DNA of 63,165 nt, counting the filler, from Octopus bimaculoides (lineage: Eukaryota): the NCBI RefSeq assembly GCF_001194135.2. It is 5 parts of 5 records of this genome, joined end to end, with 100 filler letters (N's around TTAATTAATTAA, not from the genome) between each part and the next. Parts side by side here need not be neighbours in the genome. Positions count along the whole stretch, not along the records: positions 58,913 to 63,165 come from NC_068988.1; 4 more parts are not named here. One strand, written 5' to 3'. How positions within the stretch are numbered: position 1 is the first letter of the stretch; the number at the start of each line of letters is the position of its first letter. Positions 61,667 to 63,165 of the stretch are shown here, piece after piece. The translations under genes were made by a program, and so were the position numbers. The notes under the pieces were generated by a model. It was not told the DNA's origin, ran no database searches, and was given only the letters and a program-made list of their open reading frames with translations.

Positions 61667-61912
61667 TAAGGAGGAGAGGGAGAGAGAGTAAAAGAGAGAG
61701 ACAGTAGATAGACAGGCAAAAACAGAGACAGAGAGAGTGATGGTGGAAGAGAAGAGGAGAAGGAAGAGGCGCAGGTGTGTATGTACGTGCGTATGTTTCT
61801 ATGTAGGAATATACACACACATATATACATATACATACATACACACACGCAAACATTTGTATATATATTATATACACACACACACGCACACATGTATATA
61901 TATATATATATA

Positions 61913-62582
61913 TCTTTTACTCTTTTTACTCTTTTACTTGTTTCAGTCATTTGACTGCGGCCATGCTGGAGCACCGCCATTAGTCGAGAAAATCGACCCC
62001 AGGACTTATTCTTTGTAAGCCTAGTACTCATTCTATCGGTCTCTTTTTGCCGAACCGCTAAGTTACGGGGACGTAAACACACCAGCATCGGTTGTCAAGC
62101 GATGGTGGGGGGAGGGGACAAACACAGACACACAAACACACATACATATATATATATATATACATATATACGACGGACTTCTTTCAGTTTCCGTCTACCA
62201 AGTCCACTCACAAGGCTTTTGGGCAATTGCCTTCTACTATAGCTTCGAGCCGACCAAAGCCTTGTGAGTGGACTTGGTAGACGGAAACTGAAAGAAACCC
62301 GTCGTATGTATGTATATATGCATGTGTGTGTGTGTGTTTATCCCCCACCCCAACATCGCTTGACAACCGATGCTGGTGTGTTTACGTCCCCGTTATTAAG
62401 CGGTTCGGCAAAATAGACCAATAGACTAAGTACTAGGCTTACAAAGAATAAGTCCTGNNNNNNNNNNAGACTAAGTACTAGGCTTACAAAGAATAAGTCC
62501 TGCGGTCGATTTCCTCGACTAAAGGCGGTGCTCCAGCATGGCCGCAGTCACATGACTGAAACAAGTAAAAGAGTAAAAGAGT
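61913..62582. mobile_element. Head-to-head pair of 5'-truncated SINE family B copies forming a long palindrome
   Basis: The minus copy at 61913-62219 and the plus copy at ~62256-62582 are reverse complements apart from their microsatellite interiors; the spacer is ~35 bp. Confidence 0.85.
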
Positions 62583-63165
62583 ATGTATATGTATGCATTA
62601 TGTACATAATATATGTGTGTGTGTGAACATGTAAACATATAAACACCACTTCCGGTGGTGAGGATATGGACGATGGTGGAGGTGGTGGTGAGGTAGCAAG
62701 GTGTTGCTATTTAACCCCAGGTCAGCCTTTCATAAACAGACCTGTGATCAAAAGGATTCCATTCATGACCTTCTTGCATTCTCGGACTACGTCATCAGAC
62801 GTGTCAGCCGATACGAGTCAAAGCTTATGAATCGAAGGAGATGTGGCTGCAGTTTCTCGCAAATCGAGTGCTCACAAGAGAGCTCCTTCCTCCATTGACC
62901 CTAAACTGGGGTTAATATGACGATGGGGATGGTTGTGTCGGTGGTGCGTGTGATTTGATGGTGTTTGTGGCGATGTCTGTGGTGGTGGTGGTGGTGGTGG
63001 TGTTGTAGTTCTGGTTGTGGTAAGAGGTACGGTAGCAGTCTCTGCGGTTGTGGCTTTACGGTATCAATACAAGAGATATTCGTCGGTGGGCGTGAGATCG
63101 TTTCGGTGCGTGCATGCGAGTATGTGTGTATATATATAGATGTGTGTGTGTGTGTGTGTGTGTGT

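Overview
AT-rich, microsatellite-dense metazoan genomic DNA. The SINE, LINE and Penelope content and the TTAGGG repeats suggest an octopus draft assembly (inference). The window is not contiguous: four artificial 100-bp joins (N44-TTAATTAATTAA-N44 at 27421, 37761, 48533 and 58813) split it into five scaffold pieces, and several internal gaps are flanked by duplicated contig ends. The one host gene I recognise is the terminal coding exon of DAW1/WDR69 (ODA16) at 857-891 (+), reading (G)SKDNSCRIWR*. Two further orphan exon candidates are weaker. Most of the remaining sequence is mobile-element debris or simple repeats: RTE LINEs, R4/Dong-like restriction-like-endonuclease (RLE) LINEs beside (TAA)n tracts, CR1/L2-type LINEs, a Gypsy pol relic, a mariner relic and a mariner MITE, Helentron-type elements and about 25 tRNA-derived SINE copies. 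A cluster of Penelope-like elements (PLEs) lies at 18.1-24.6 kb. The most unusual items are three: (i) a 2.1-kb unit with ~275-bp terminal inverted repeats enclosing a stop-free, RT-less frame for an Asn-rich region plus a GIY-YIG endonuclease (19149-21233); (ii) a fold-back unit with 116-bp arms and a hammerhead-ribozyme-like motif in its loop (21386-21768); (iii) a well-formed minimal hammerhead in a short element at ~47.3 kb. Most ORFs in the supplied track are artefacts of N runs or microsatellites. All family assignments come from motif recognition by eye; no searches were run.
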